Shown here: one piece after another, positions 41,503 through 50,739 of the stretch
Layout: each line of letters begins with the position of its first letter
Numbering within the stretch: the first letter of the stretch is position 1
Origin: Candidatus Kapaibacterium sp.
GTDB taxonomy: Bacteria; Bacteroidota; Ignavibacteria; Kapaibacteriales; UBA2268
Reading direction: 5' to 3'
NCBI GenBank assembly: GCA_026418625.1
Contig: JAOABA010000022.1
Coordinates: forward strand, 10,572 to 74,571
DNA: 64,000 bases
The notes under the pieces: generated by a model
The model's input: the letters and a program-made list of their open reading frames with translations, nothing else
Told to the model about the DNA's origin: nothing
The model's database searches: none
Position numbers and translations under genes: made by a program

Positions 41503-42228
41503 TTAATAATACCTAACCTTTGCCAATACTTCTGATAGCCAAAAATCAGGTTTCGAGGTTATTTTTATATTGAATTCTTCGCCGGGGATTACGTGAACAT
41601 TATAACCTAAATTTTCCACTAAAGTTGCATCGTCTGTTACGATTTGTTCCCCATTTTTTAAAGATTGATAGGCTTGATAAATGATTTCAGTTTTGAATCC
41701 CTGCGGAGTTTGAACACTAACAAGAGTATCCCTTGCTATTGTGCCTTGTATGAAATTATCCTCATCAATCACTTTAATTGTTTCCTTAGGGGTCAAGCCC
41801 GGTATTGCTGCCCCAAATATTTTTGTAGCTTCAATTATTTCCTGAACAAGCAAAGGACTTGCAAATGGACGAACTGCATCGTGAATTAAAACAATTTCAG
41901 AATTGAGAACTGCCTTGGTATTCATAGCATTTAGAACCGAAAAATGTCTTTCCTTGCCTCCATCCACAAGGTCAGTTACCTTTGAAATATTATAGTCCCG
42001 AACATAAGCTTCGAGTTTGCTTTTATACTGAGGCAGCACAGAAACTACAATTGAAGTGATATCAGGTGTAATCTCAAAAATCAGAAGTGTTCTGACAATA
42101 ACGGGTATGCCATCCAAATTAACAAACTGTTTTGGAATGTTTCCGCCAAATCTGTCACCTGTTCCACCAGCGGGTATTATTGCCGCTATATTAGTTTTTT
42201 TCTTATCTTTCATAACGATATTTTTCAC
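41503..42228 (-). CDS. ispD: 2-C-methyl-D-erythritol 4-phosphate cytidylyltransferase.
   Basis: IAAIIPAGGTGDRFGGNIPKQFVNLDGIPVI matches the IspD N-terminus; 241 aa. Confidence 0.85.
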   Translation of the reverse strand: MKNIVMKDKKKTNIAAIIPAGGTGDRFGGNIPKQFVNLDGIPVIVRTLLIFEITPDITSIVVSVLPQYKSKLEAYVRDYNISKVTDLVDGGKERHFSVLNAMNTKAVLNSEIVLIHDAVRPFASPLLVQEIIEATKIFGAAIPGLTPKETIKVIDEDNFIQGTIARDTLVSVQTPQGFKTEIIYQAYQSLKNGEQIVTDDATLVENLGYNVHVIPGEEFNIKITSKPDFWLSEVLAKVRYY

Positions 42229-43525
42229 TTATCGAGGGTGGTTGATAAAGCCTAAAATCACCGAACCCATTAATATCAACAAAAATAAATTGTCTATTGT
42301 TAGTATAAGTCCATCGCTCAAAAACTCTATTATCACCATAAGGTGTTTGTCTTTCGACGTTATATGGCTTTCCAAAAATAATAAAAACCATTCCTTTGTC
42401 AGTTCTCCAGCCTTCTACATAAGACCTAAAATTTTTATTTGCATAATCAACTCTTGCATAATATTCTTCATAAGCCTCATTTCTATCAGTATTCGGAGTT
42501 GGATCCAATTTTTTCCAGAATTGTTCAAATCTGCTTTGCTTTTCTTCAATCGTTGCACCTGCCTCTATATAATCAATTTCTTCCTGAGTTGCAACATATC
42601 TGAGTTGCTTAATTGATTTATTTAGGTCGCTTATTATCACTCCCGAAATAGATCTAAATATTCTTATTGAACGCTCTGTTACTGCAAGGAAACCAGATGG
42701 ATTGTAATCATTTTCATCATTTGTTTGCTTCATCGCAGTTAATCTCAATGTATAGCCACCCTGCAAAATATTCTGTGGTAGAATAATTCTAATGTAATTT
42801 CTATTGACATTGGCAGAACTGTTTCTACTAATTTTTTTGCTTTTTTCAACAACCTCACCGTTAGAGTTAATGAGTTCATAAAAATAATCAACTGATTCAA
42901 GATTTAATTTCGAATATGATTCAAAAAAAATGAAAAAACCATCAGTTAAATCACCTACATTTTCAGATAAATGAGGTGTGATTTTAAATCTACCCTCCCT
43001 TTCCTCGATAGAACTGACAAGCATTAAGCCACTCAAGGAAAAATTAAAATCATTAAAATTAAGAACTGTTAATACTCTTGATCTCTGATTAAACTTCTTT
43101 GAAAAATTATCAATTATTTCCACTGTGATTTCATACTTACCCGGTTTTAGAAAAAAAATATTTTGAGTATAATCAAAGGAAGCATTTGAACCAAGTGCGA
43201 TATTATAATCTCTTTCAAATAATTTTCTTTGCTGAGTTTTGGTTTCAACAATATTGCTATTCTCATCGTAAATGGATATTGTTAAATCATAGGAAGCACT
43301 ATAGTTATCCCCTGTTTTGAAAAAACTAAGAGTTTGATATGGGACAACTGTAAATATATCCACTCTACCAAGTGAATCCAAATCAGATTTAAAGCAAATA
43401 GCATCGAAATAGAAAGTTCCGCTTGTTCCTTCCCTTTCAAAAGCTTGTGAAAATAAATTCGAGGGAAGAAATGACAATGAAATAAAACTCAAAATAATAA
43501 TTAACTTAAATAATTTCAGATTCAT
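42203..43525 (-). CDS. GWxTD domain-containing secreted protein.
   Basis: Signal peptide. C-terminal region EGWRTDKGMVFIIFGKPYNVERQ...FERWTY matches the GWxTD signature found in Bacteroidota/Ignavibacteria. Confidence 0.65.
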   Translation of the reverse strand: MNLKLFKLIIILSFISLSFLPSNLFSQAFEREGTSGTFYFDAICFKSDLDSLGRVDIFTVVPYQTLSFFKTGDNYSASYDLTISIYDENSNIVETKTQQRKLFERDYNIALGSNASFDYTQNIFFLKPGKYEITVEIIDNFSKKFNQRSRVLTVLNFNDFNFSLSGLMLVSSIEEREGRFKITPHLSENVGDLTDGFFIFFESYSKLNLESVDYFYELINSNGEVVEKSKKISRNSSANVNRNYIRIILPQNILQGGYTLRLTAMKQTNDENDYNPSGFLAVTERSIRIFRSISGVIISDLNKSIKQLRYVATQEEIDYIEAGATIEEKQSRFEQFWKKLDPTPNTDRNEAYEEYYARVDYANKNFRSYVEGWRTDKGMVFIIFGKPYNVERQTPYGDNRVFERWTYTNNRQFIFVDINGFGDFRLYQPPSISEKYRYER

Positions 43526-43668
43526 AAATAATTATTTAAAATGTCATCATTAAAAATTAAAATTAACGTTAAATCTCTTATATTAATTCATTCAAATCAA
43601 TAAAAAAAAATAAATTACGTTTGCTAATTTTTTATATGACGAAAAAATAGATAATTAAAGGCGGAAAT

Positions 43669-44040
43669 TTGGCAACAATTTTCAGAAAAAAGAAAAAAAA
43701 CGAACTAAACTACCTCGAAATGACACCTTTTGCAATTTATTCCCACGAATTTAATTCTGAGGGTAAGATTGATGTTCTCGTCCCAAGATTTTCTGATAAA
43801 GTTTTTGGCAAACTCCTCCAACCCCGATTAAAAAATAAATATATTAAAGCAAATTTAGACGAATTCGGCTCGGCTACTTGGCAACTTATCAATGGAACAA
43901 ATTCTGTAACAAGAATCGGAGAATTGCTAACCGAAAAATTTGGTGAGAAAATTCAACCTGTCTATGATAGATTAACTTTATTTTTGACACAATTATATAA
44001 TGCTGGTTTTATTTCATTTAAAGAATTAGAAAGGAAGTAA
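43669..44040 (+). CDS. PqqD-family protein (RiPP-recognition-element-like small chaperone), orphan.
   Basis: The core ANLDEFGSATWQLINGTNSVTRIGELLTEKFGE...VYDRLTLFLTQLYNAGFISF fits the PqqD pattern (LNxxgxxIWxLiDGxxtvxeIxxxLxexy...dvxxFlxxLxxxGli). Confidence 0.5.
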   Translation: MATIFRKKKKNELNYLEMTPFAIYSHEFNSEGKIDVLVPRFSDKVFGKLLQPRLKNKYIKANLDEFGSATWQLINGTNSVTRIGELLTEKFGEKIQPVYDRLTLFLTQLYNAGFISFKELERK

Positions 44041-44042
44041 CT

Positions 44043-45506
44043 ATGGGAAATGTTCTCGGTTCATTAGAGCCAAAAAGTGTTTGGAATTTTTTTGAAGAAA
44101 TCACACAAATTCCAAGACCCTCAAAAAAAGAGGAAAAAATTGCTGCTTATATCATTGATTTTGCTAAAAAGAATGGTTTTGAATATAAAACCGATAAACT
44201 TGGCAATATCGTCGTTCGCAAACCTGCTACTCCGGGTATGGAAAATAGAGTTCCTACTGTCATTCAAGGGCATCTCGATATGGTTTGCGAAAAAAACGCT
44301 GACGTTGAATTTGATTTTATGACCGACCCAATTCAACCCTATATTGATGGCGATTGGGTAAAAGCCAAAGGCACAACACTCGGTGCTGATAATGGTATCG
44401 GTCTTGCAATGGGGCTGGCAGTCCTTGCCTCCAATGATATTCCACATCCCCCAATGGAATTGCTTTGCACGCTCGACGAGGAAACCGGATTAACGGGGGC
44501 TGTTCAGCTTGGAACTGACCTTTTGAATGGCAAAATTTTAATTAATCTCGATTCAGAGGAAGATGGTGCCTTTACTATCGGTTGTGCTGGAGGAACCAAC
44601 ACCTCAGCTACATTTATGTATGATGAAGATGCAGTTCCATCTGGTTCAGTTGCTTACGAAGTTGCTATAAGAGGTTTGCAGGGTGGGCACTCTGGTATCG
44701 AAATTCACGATGGCAGAGCTAATGCAATCAAACTTCTAAACAGATTTTTATGGACAATCACTAAGTCTCTGGATGTAAGAATATCATCCATTAGAGCCGG
44801 AAGCGCTCATAATGCTATTCCAAGAGAAGCCTTTGCCATTGTTACATTATCACCTGCAATTGAAAATCAATTTAAAGAAAAAGTTGCAGAGTTTGACAGA
44901 ATCTATAAAAGCGAATGGCAATCAAAAGAGAAAAACATATCTCTTTCAGCCCAAACAACAGCCCTTCCAACAAGAATAATGTCAAAGAGCCTTCAAAAAA
45001 GATTATTGACTTCAATTTATGCAGCCCCGCATGGTCCTATGAGATATAGCCCAGACATTCCGGGCTTGGTTCAAACATCAACCAATCTGGCAATTGTTGA
45101 AACAAGACCTCTGGAAATATTTGTTTTGACAAGTCAAAGAAGCTCAGTCGAAACTGAAAAGACTGATATGGCAAATACCGTAAGGAGTGCCTTTGAACTG
45201 GGTGGTGCCGTTGTTCGACACGGTGATGGCTATCCTGCTTGGCAGCCGAACATAAATTCTCCAATTTTGAATTTAGCTGTTAAAATTTACAAGGAAATGA
45301 CTGGTAAGGAGCCAAAAGTCGAAGCAATTCACGCAGGTTTGGAATGCGGTTTGATTGGCGAAAAATACCCCGGTATGGATATGCTTTCATTTGGTCCAAC
45401 TCTTAAAGAGGTTCATTCACCAAACGAGAAGGTTCAAATATCAACCGTCCAAAACTGTTGGAATCTATTAACAAGAATATTAGCTAATATTCCAGAAAAG
45501 AGTTAA
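44043..45506 (+). CDS. pepD: Aminoacyl-histidine dipeptidase (M20C Xaa-His dipeptidase, PepD).
   Basis: LEPKSVWNFFEEITQIPRPS...GHLDMV N-terminus and the GADNGIG metal-binding motif; 487 aa. Confidence 0.85.
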   Translation: MGNVLGSLEPKSVWNFFEEITQIPRPSKKEEKIAAYIIDFAKKNGFEYKTDKLGNIVVRKPATPGMENRVPTVIQGHLDMVCEKNADVEFDFMTDPIQPYIDGDWVKAKGTTLGADNGIGLAMGLAVLASNDIPHPPMELLCTLDEETGLTGAVQLGTDLLNGKILINLDSEEDGAFTIGCAGGTNTSATFMYDEDAVPSGSVAYEVAIRGLQGGHSGIEIHDGRANAIKLLNRFLWTITKSLDVRISSIRAGSAHNAIPREAFAIVTLSPAIENQFKEKVAEFDRIYKSEWQSKEKNISLSAQTTALPTRIMSKSLQKRLLTSIYAAPHGPMRYSPDIPGLVQTSTNLAIVETRPLEIFVLTSQRSSVETEKTDMANTVRSAFELGGAVVRHGDGYPAWQPNINSPILNLAVKIYKEMTGKEPKVEAIHAGLECGLIGEKYPGMDMLSFGPTLKEVHSPNEKVQISTVQNCWNLLTRILANIPEKS

Positions 45507-45527
45507 TTTTTCAGAATAATATTTTAA

Positions 45528-45568
45528 AAGCCGCATTCAATTATTTCGTTGTTTGCGGCTTTTTTTAT
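45528..45568 (+). terminator. Rho-independent terminator after pepD.
   Basis: AAGCCGCATTCAATTATTTCGTTGTTTGCGGCTTTTTTTATTTTT: an 8-bp stem followed by a T-run. Confidence 0.65.
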
Positions 45569-45731
45569 TTTTGGCAATTTACTATTGATGAAAGTGCAAA
45601 CGCCCAAATTCATTCAAGATGTATATTGTTAGGTTTCACTAAAAAATCCCAACAAATCCATTTCAATATTTTTCCAATCCTGATTTAGATTGTAATCAAC
45701 AATCCTTTAAAGAATGCTTTATCTTTTCAAT

Positions 45732-46526
45732 TCAATTCTTTGCTTTTTTGAAGGAATAAAATAGAAAATAAAGACCTAATAAAATAAAGGGTATGCTTAA
45801 GAATTGTCCCATATATAATGGCAGGGTCTTCTCGAAATCAGCCTGTGTCTCTTTGAAGAATTCAATGACAAACCTTGCACTGAAAAGCAGAGTCAGGAAA
45901 ATCCCTGCTAATCTGCCCGTTGGGAGGTTTGCCTTATATTTTTTGTAAATGAAGAAAATTATTATGAAGATAACAAGATATGAAATTCCCTCGTAAAGCT
46001 GCGAAGGATGTCGGGGAATATTGTCAACGCTCGTAAAGATAAAAGCCCAAGGCACATCAGCAGGCCTCCCGATTATTTCAGAATTGAAAAGATTGCCCAT
46101 TCTAACGAGGAAGGCAGCCAAGGCAACGGGGATAACTACTCTGTCGAAAAGCCATAAGAGCTTGATATCCTTGAATCTTAGATGAAATAACAACAATGCC
46201 AGTAGAATTCCGATGCCGGCTCCGTGGCTTGCCAATCCACCTTTCCAGACATATAATATTTCAATCGGATTCGATAGATAATAATCAGGTTCATAAAAAA
46301 GGCAATGACCAAGTCTTGCCCCGATAACAGTTCCAAGAACTAAATAAATTGTCAGAGATTCCAATGCTTTTGGACTTTTATTCTCAACTTTGAAAATCCA
46401 CGACATAATTGTGTAACCAAGAATAAAACCAAGAGCAAAAAGAAGCCCATACCACCTGATATGAATGGGTCCTAACTGAATAATTTCCGGCGAAACGCTC
46501 CAAACTATTGATGCAAATATTTCCAT
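45732..46526 (-). CDS. lgt: Prolipoprotein diacylglyceryl transferase.
   Basis: GPIHIRWYGLLFALGFILGY N-terminus and the Lgt signature region. Confidence 0.88.
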   Translation of the reverse strand: MEIFASIVWSVSPEIIQLGPIHIRWYGLLFALGFILGYTIMSWIFKVENKSPKALESLTIYLVLGTVIGARLGHCLFYEPDYYLSNPIEILYVWKGGLASHGAGIGILLALLLFHLRFKDIKLLWLFDRVVIPVALAAFLVRMGNLFNSEIIGRPADVPWAFIFTSVDNIPRHPSQLYEGISYLVIFIIIFFIYKKYKANLPTGRLAGIFLTLLFSARFVIEFFKETQADFEKTLPLYMGQFLSIPFILLGLYFLFYSFKKAKN

Positions 46527-46551
46527 TTTGTATTCTCTTGAAACATAAAAA

Positions 46552-47451
46552 TTATTTTGAATCCTCTTTCATTTTAAGTTCTGGATTGAAATCAACAGCA
46601 TTGGCAGCCCAAAGAAGTTTTTCCCTCAGCAAATCGTAATAACTTGAATTAAGAGGCTTAATGAGTTTAACAACTGCCTCGGAACGTCTGAAAACGACGG
46701 GTTGGTTGTTAGGTAAAACTCTAATAATTTGTCCGTCAGCCACCAGATTAGATTCTCCAGTTGGGGAATAAGTAATAATACTTACATCATTGGTATCTGG
46801 AATTACAAGTGGTCTGAGGTTCATTGAGTGAGGACAAATAGGGGTCAGGCAAAAAACTCTGGTAGAAGGTGCAAGAACTGGACCACCGGCTGAAAGCGAG
46901 TAAGCTGTTGAACCTGTAGGAGTCGTCAGAATCAATCCATCAGCCCGATAATCTGCAATATGGTGCTTATTGGAAAATGTTCTCACTGTAATCATTCTCG
47001 AGGAATCCCTCTTCTCAATCACAAAATCATTTAGAGCGTATAGAATTTCACCATTATATTCAGTTTCAATCACAGCCCTATCAACTACCCTATAATTGCC
47101 CTCGACAAGATTAAAGATTACCTCATCAAGCTTGTCAATCGAGAACTCTGCCAAGAATCCAAGCTTACCAACATTAACACCTAAAATTGGTATATCGTTT
47201 TTAAGCATTAGACGGGCTGCATGGAGCATTGTCCCATCACCACCAAAGGAAATCATAACATCTGCGAATTTCTCGAAATCTTCAATAGAGGAAGCCTTAA
47301 CATATTTTTTTAATTCTGGCTTAATCTTAGAAATAAAATCTGGAGTTCCATAGCATTCGGCACCGTGGTTAACTAATTTTTCAATAGTAACCTCAGCACA
47401 TTGAATAGCTTCGGGCTTATTTGCATGTTCAAAAAGAGCAATTTTTTTCAT
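46552..47451 (-). CDS. nadK: NAD+ kinase.
   Basis: GGDGTMLHAAR motif and the NE/DGLILTTPTGSTAYSLSAGGP motif. Confidence 0.88.
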   Translation of the reverse strand: MKKIALFEHANKPEAIQCAEVTIEKLVNHGAECYGTPDFISKIKPELKKYVKASSIEDFEKFADVMISFGGDGTMLHAARLMLKNDIPILGVNVGKLGFLAEFSIDKLDEVIFNLVEGNYRVVDRAVIETEYNGEILYALNDFVIEKRDSSRMITVRTFSNKHHIADYRADGLILTTPTGSTAYSLSAGGPVLAPSTRVFCLTPICPHSMNLRPLVIPDTNDVSIITYSPTGESNLVADGQIIRVLPNNQPVVFRRSEAVVKLIKPLNSSYYDLLREKLLWAANAVDFNPELKMKEDSK

Positions 47452-47659
47452 GAAATTACTTTCTATTAATTTTTGAACCTCAAAAATAAGAAATCAAAAC
47501 TTAACTGCAAATAAAACTTGTTTAATAATCAAATTCGAATAAAAGTTACACAATATAAGACTAAAATAGTCGTATTTTTAAATGATTTTAATTTTAAATT
47601 TCTTTGAAAATTATTGAATATTTGATAATTTGCTATTTCGATTGAAAAATGTTTAGGAA

Positions 47660-48022
47660 GTGATTATGCTTGAAGCTTATTTGCCATTGATATTTATGTT
47701 GATATTCGGATTCGGAATAGCAGTTATTTTTCTGGTTCTATCTGAATGGCTTGGTGCAAGGAGAATTACAAAAGAAAAGCAAACAACTTATGAGAGCGGA
47801 ATGCAACCTTTCAGGACTGCAAGAGACAGATTCTCAGTTAAGTTCTATCTTGTTGCAATGAGTTTTATAGTATTTGATATCGAGGTTGTATTTCTCTATC
47901 CTTGGGCTGTTCAGTTTAAAATGCTAAGTCCCGAAGCAATTATTGCTATGTTCATCTTCATCGCAATATTGTTTGCCGGATATTTTTATGAATTAAGAAA
48001 GGGAGGAATAGAATGGCAATAA
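47660..48022 (+). CDS. nuoA: NADH-quinone oxidoreductase subunit A.
   Basis: 120 aa, three TM helices, conserved YESGM and [12 protein letters not shown]. Confidence 0.88.
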   Translation: MIMLEAYLPLIFMLIFGFGIAVIFLVLSEWLGARRITKEKQTTYESGMQPFRTARDRFSVKFYLVAMSFIVFDIEVVFLYPWAVQFKMLSPEAIIAMFIFIAILFAGYFYELRKGGIEWQ

Positions 48023-48564
48023 ATGCATTAGAAAGAGATGGTTTTCTTACCACAACGGTAGAAAACGTTATTAAATGGGCACAAAAAAATTCTTTGTGGC
48101 CTATGCCGCTGGGTATATCCTGCTGTGCCATTGAGATGATGGCATTTGCCTCGCCAAGATTCGATGTTTCAAGATTTGGTTCGGAAGTTTTCAGGATGTC
48201 CCCAAGACAATCTGATTTACTGATAGTTGCCGGAACAGTTACTTACAAAATGTCTTGGGTTGTCCGTAAAATTTATGACCAGATGCCTGATCCCAAATGG
48301 GTGATTTCAATGGGGGTCTGTGCATCAACTGGTGGTATGTTCCGCAGCTATTCAGTTGTTCAAGGGATTGATCAGTTCCTTCCGGTTGATGCTTATGTTT
48401 CGGGGTGTCCCCCAAGACCAGAGGCTCTAATCAAAGCCCTTATGCTTATTCAGGAAAAAGTTCAGAAAGCACATAAACCAGATCTATTCAATTTCGGAAA
48501 GAATGTTTCTCCAACACCTGTTCAGAAACCTTTCCCGTCAAAACTGACTGAAGTGCACGTTTAA
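48013..48564 (+). CDS. nuoB: NADH-quinone oxidoreductase subunit B (N2 cluster subunit).
   Basis: CCAIEMM, GxCxxxGG ([11 protein letters not shown]) and VSGCPPRPE Fe-S ligand motifs. Confidence 0.9.
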   Translation: MAINALERDGFLTTTVENVIKWAQKNSLWPMPLGISCCAIEMMAFASPRFDVSRFGSEVFRMSPRQSDLLIVAGTVTYKMSWVVRKIYDQMPDPKWVISMGVCASTGGMFRSYSVVQGIDQFLPVDAYVSGCPPRPEALIKALMLIQEKVQKAHKPDLFNFGKNVSPTPVQKPFPSKLTEVHV

Positions 48565-48705
48565 AGCATTGATAAAATCACAGAATATAAATCTTAAAGG
48601 GATGTTTGTTCTAATATTTGGATAAACATCCTTTTTTGTTATAAATTAAGACCACCTCTTCTTCTTCCCTTTTTCACATTCCTGTGACGGCTGAAATATG
48701 AAATC

Positions 48706-48960
48706 AGGCTTTAAGGGAAGTTTGTAATGATTGAATAGCCACTTCTTTTAAGTAGTGGGTAAAAAAAATATTTCCAATAATGCCTTCGGTTAGAATAGAC
48801 AACCCTTTTTGTGTAACAAAAGATGTCCCACACCTCTAAGGTGTAGGACATCTGAAAAGATAGTATTTTTGTCACTCTTCACTGAGTTCAGAGTGACAAA
48901 CAACCACTTTTTATGCTTTTTACACAGCCTCATGCACAGAAATGACTTTGAAAGTGCAAT
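48706..48960 (+). repeat. Copy 3 of the R element plus a degenerate 78-bp-type unit, in the convergent intergenic region after nuoB.
   Basis: Same motif order as 40323-40531, but it lacks the first ~28 nt. The hairpin at 48822-48852 has one mismatch in its stem. It is followed by TTTTTACACAGCCT and a degenerate unit, as at the 40.9 kb locus. Confidence 0.8.
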
Positions 48961-49041
48961 AAAAGCTGTCCGACATCTTGAAAATGTCGGACAGCTCAAC
49001 ATAATTATTTGGTTTAGAAGAACAAAACGCTTCGAGTATTT

Positions 49042-49890
49042 TTACTTCCTCCTGAAAACAGCGTCAGAGCGAAATTCGAGCTTGGAATCAATTGTAGTCA
49101 ATCGAGTATTTTTCAGTTGAATTTCATAAGGAACTTGCTCCATTTGGTTAGAACCTGCTTTTTTTGATGGCTTTGGAAATTGAACTTCTGTATTGATTGC
49201 TATAGGAACTGCCATAGGTTTCATTATATCTGCGAATTCAAGCTGAGAATCATAACCCCAAGGAATTTTCCACTCAAGCAATTTGAAAAAGAACTTTGTC
49301 TTTAAAGTCAGTTTTGCCGGACGAGGCTTAAGAACTATATATCCGCTGTCAGTGCCTTCAAGATTGAACGAAACCGGTTCGTTCAGGTAAATTTGAACTT
49401 CAGGTGAAATAGAAGCAGGAACGCCGATATATTTACCTGAAGCGCTGATAGCTCCCTTCCCCTCTATTTCAATTTTTCCCTCAATAATATTCTTATCAAA
49501 TTTAGAAAAATTTATTGCTTTGATATTAACCGAAAAACTTCCAGTATCAATATTGATGTAGTTTGTGTAGTTGATACCTAAAACCGATTTATCCTCTTTA
49601 ACCACATTTTTCGATTGCCGGAAAATAATCTTAATATCATCTTCTCTTCTATTGGAAAGAGCTTTCAATATAGTATTTAAAGGATTAACACTTAAACGAA
49701 GGATAAAATCATTCCCTGAGGGTAGATTTTTTGTTCTGTCATCTATGTTTCTATCAGCTAAATTGATTTGAGGTTGATAAAAATCAATCAATTTTTGTGA
49801 TTGTTCAATTGTCGGCAAGTCAATACTTTTACATCCAAACAAAGTGATAATAATTGATATGAATATAAAAATTAAACTGTAACTTTTCAT
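49042..49890 (-). CDS. Hypothetical lipoprotein.
   Basis: Signal peptide with lipobox LFGC. No recognisable domain. Confidence 0.45.
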   Translation of the reverse strand: MKSYSLIFIFISIIITLFGCKSIDLPTIEQSQKLIDFYQPQINLADRNIDDRTKNLPSGNDFILRLSVNPLNTILKALSNRREDDIKIIFRQSKNVVKEDKSVLGINYTNYINIDTGSFSVNIKAINFSKFDKNIIEGKIEIEGKGAISASGKYIGVPASISPEVQIYLNEPVSFNLEGTDSGYIVLKPRPAKLTLKTKFFFKLLEWKIPWGYDSQLEFADIMKPMAVPIAINTEVQFPKPSKKAGSNQMEQVPYEIQLKNTRLTTIDSKLEFRSDAVFRRK

Positions 49891-50687
49891 TTGACCTCCA
49901 CTTTATCAATGCTCATTGCAACAAAGACCTTACCTCTGAATATCAATATTTCATTGAGTTTCAAGCTGTATTTAATCGGGTAATCATTATACGAAACAAG
50001 CATATTGACTTTGTCCTTGATATTTATGTTGGCTTTTTCCAAAAGGAAATCATTGGTGAAAGACAATGGAATTTTAAGCGGTGGAAAGCTTTTGCTGAGG
50101 TTTGCCAGATTAATTTTAATTAGATTTTCGATTATTTCATCTGTTCCACCCAATAAACCTTTTGCATCGGCTATTGGAGAAATGTTAAACGGTTCGAGAT
50201 TCATTTCAAGTTCATTTTTGAGCATTTTGAACGTTACAATGCAGTCCATCGAAAGAGAAACATCAACATTATAACTGTTATTATGAGCCAAAAGAGTGAG
50301 CGTTGCAATTGCCGAGCCATTGAACAGCGTAAGCTTTGTCTTCAGAATCTTATAGCTTGTGGCAGGGTCGAGCCAACCCTCCGAAGAATCATACTGCATA
50401 GCTATCTTGTTAAGGAAAGCCTCAGATAAATAAAAGCTTATGTCAGCATTTTCTGGAGGGTTACCTTCATTAAGACGCTTTGCAAGGCTTGTAGCAGCTA
50501 AGAATTTTACTTCCATCATTTTAGCTTCCCTTGCCTTATCGAATTGGACAGGGTCAATATCAGCACCTGCAATTTTTTTAATAATGCCGCAGGAGGTTAG
50601 CAAAATGGCTAAAGATATAGTAAATATTATAAATTTCATAATCAAAAGTATTATTTTTAAAGGAACAAAATTAATAATTTCAATCAA
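49887..50687 (-). CDS. Hypothetical lipoprotein, translationally coupled to the downstream lipoprotein gene.
   Basis: Lipobox LLTSC. There is a 4-nt overlap with the next gene. Confidence 0.45.
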   Translation of the reverse strand: MIEIINFVPLKIILLIMKFIIFTISLAILLTSCGIIKKIAGADIDPVQFDKAREAKMMEVKFLAATSLAKRLNEGNPPENADISFYLSEAFLNKIAMQYDSSEGWLDPATSYKILKTKLTLFNGSAIATLTLLAHNNSYNVDVSLSMDCIVTFKMLKNELEMNLEPFNISPIADAKGLLGGTDEIIENLIKINLANLSKSFPPLKIPLSFTNDFLLEKANINIKDKVNMLVSYNDYPIKYSLKLNEILIFRGKVFVAMSIDKVEVK

Positions 50688-50739
50688 TTATATTATCTTT
50701 GTAATCTGATAAATTTTGTTGAAGAAATAATTAATTTTT

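Noticed and set aside
44077-44447. Overlapping small ORFs lie at the 5' end of pepD on both strands.
   Set aside because: They lie within the conserved M20 dipeptidase N-terminal region and are out of frame with it, so they are artefacts.
48790-49120. Track ORFs 48790-49002 (-) and 48809-49120 (+) were considered as real genes.
   Set aside because: Both lie entirely inside R-element copy 3 and its trailing motif, overlap each other on opposite strands, and have no RBS or family resemblance. They are most likely spurious ORFs in repeat DNA.
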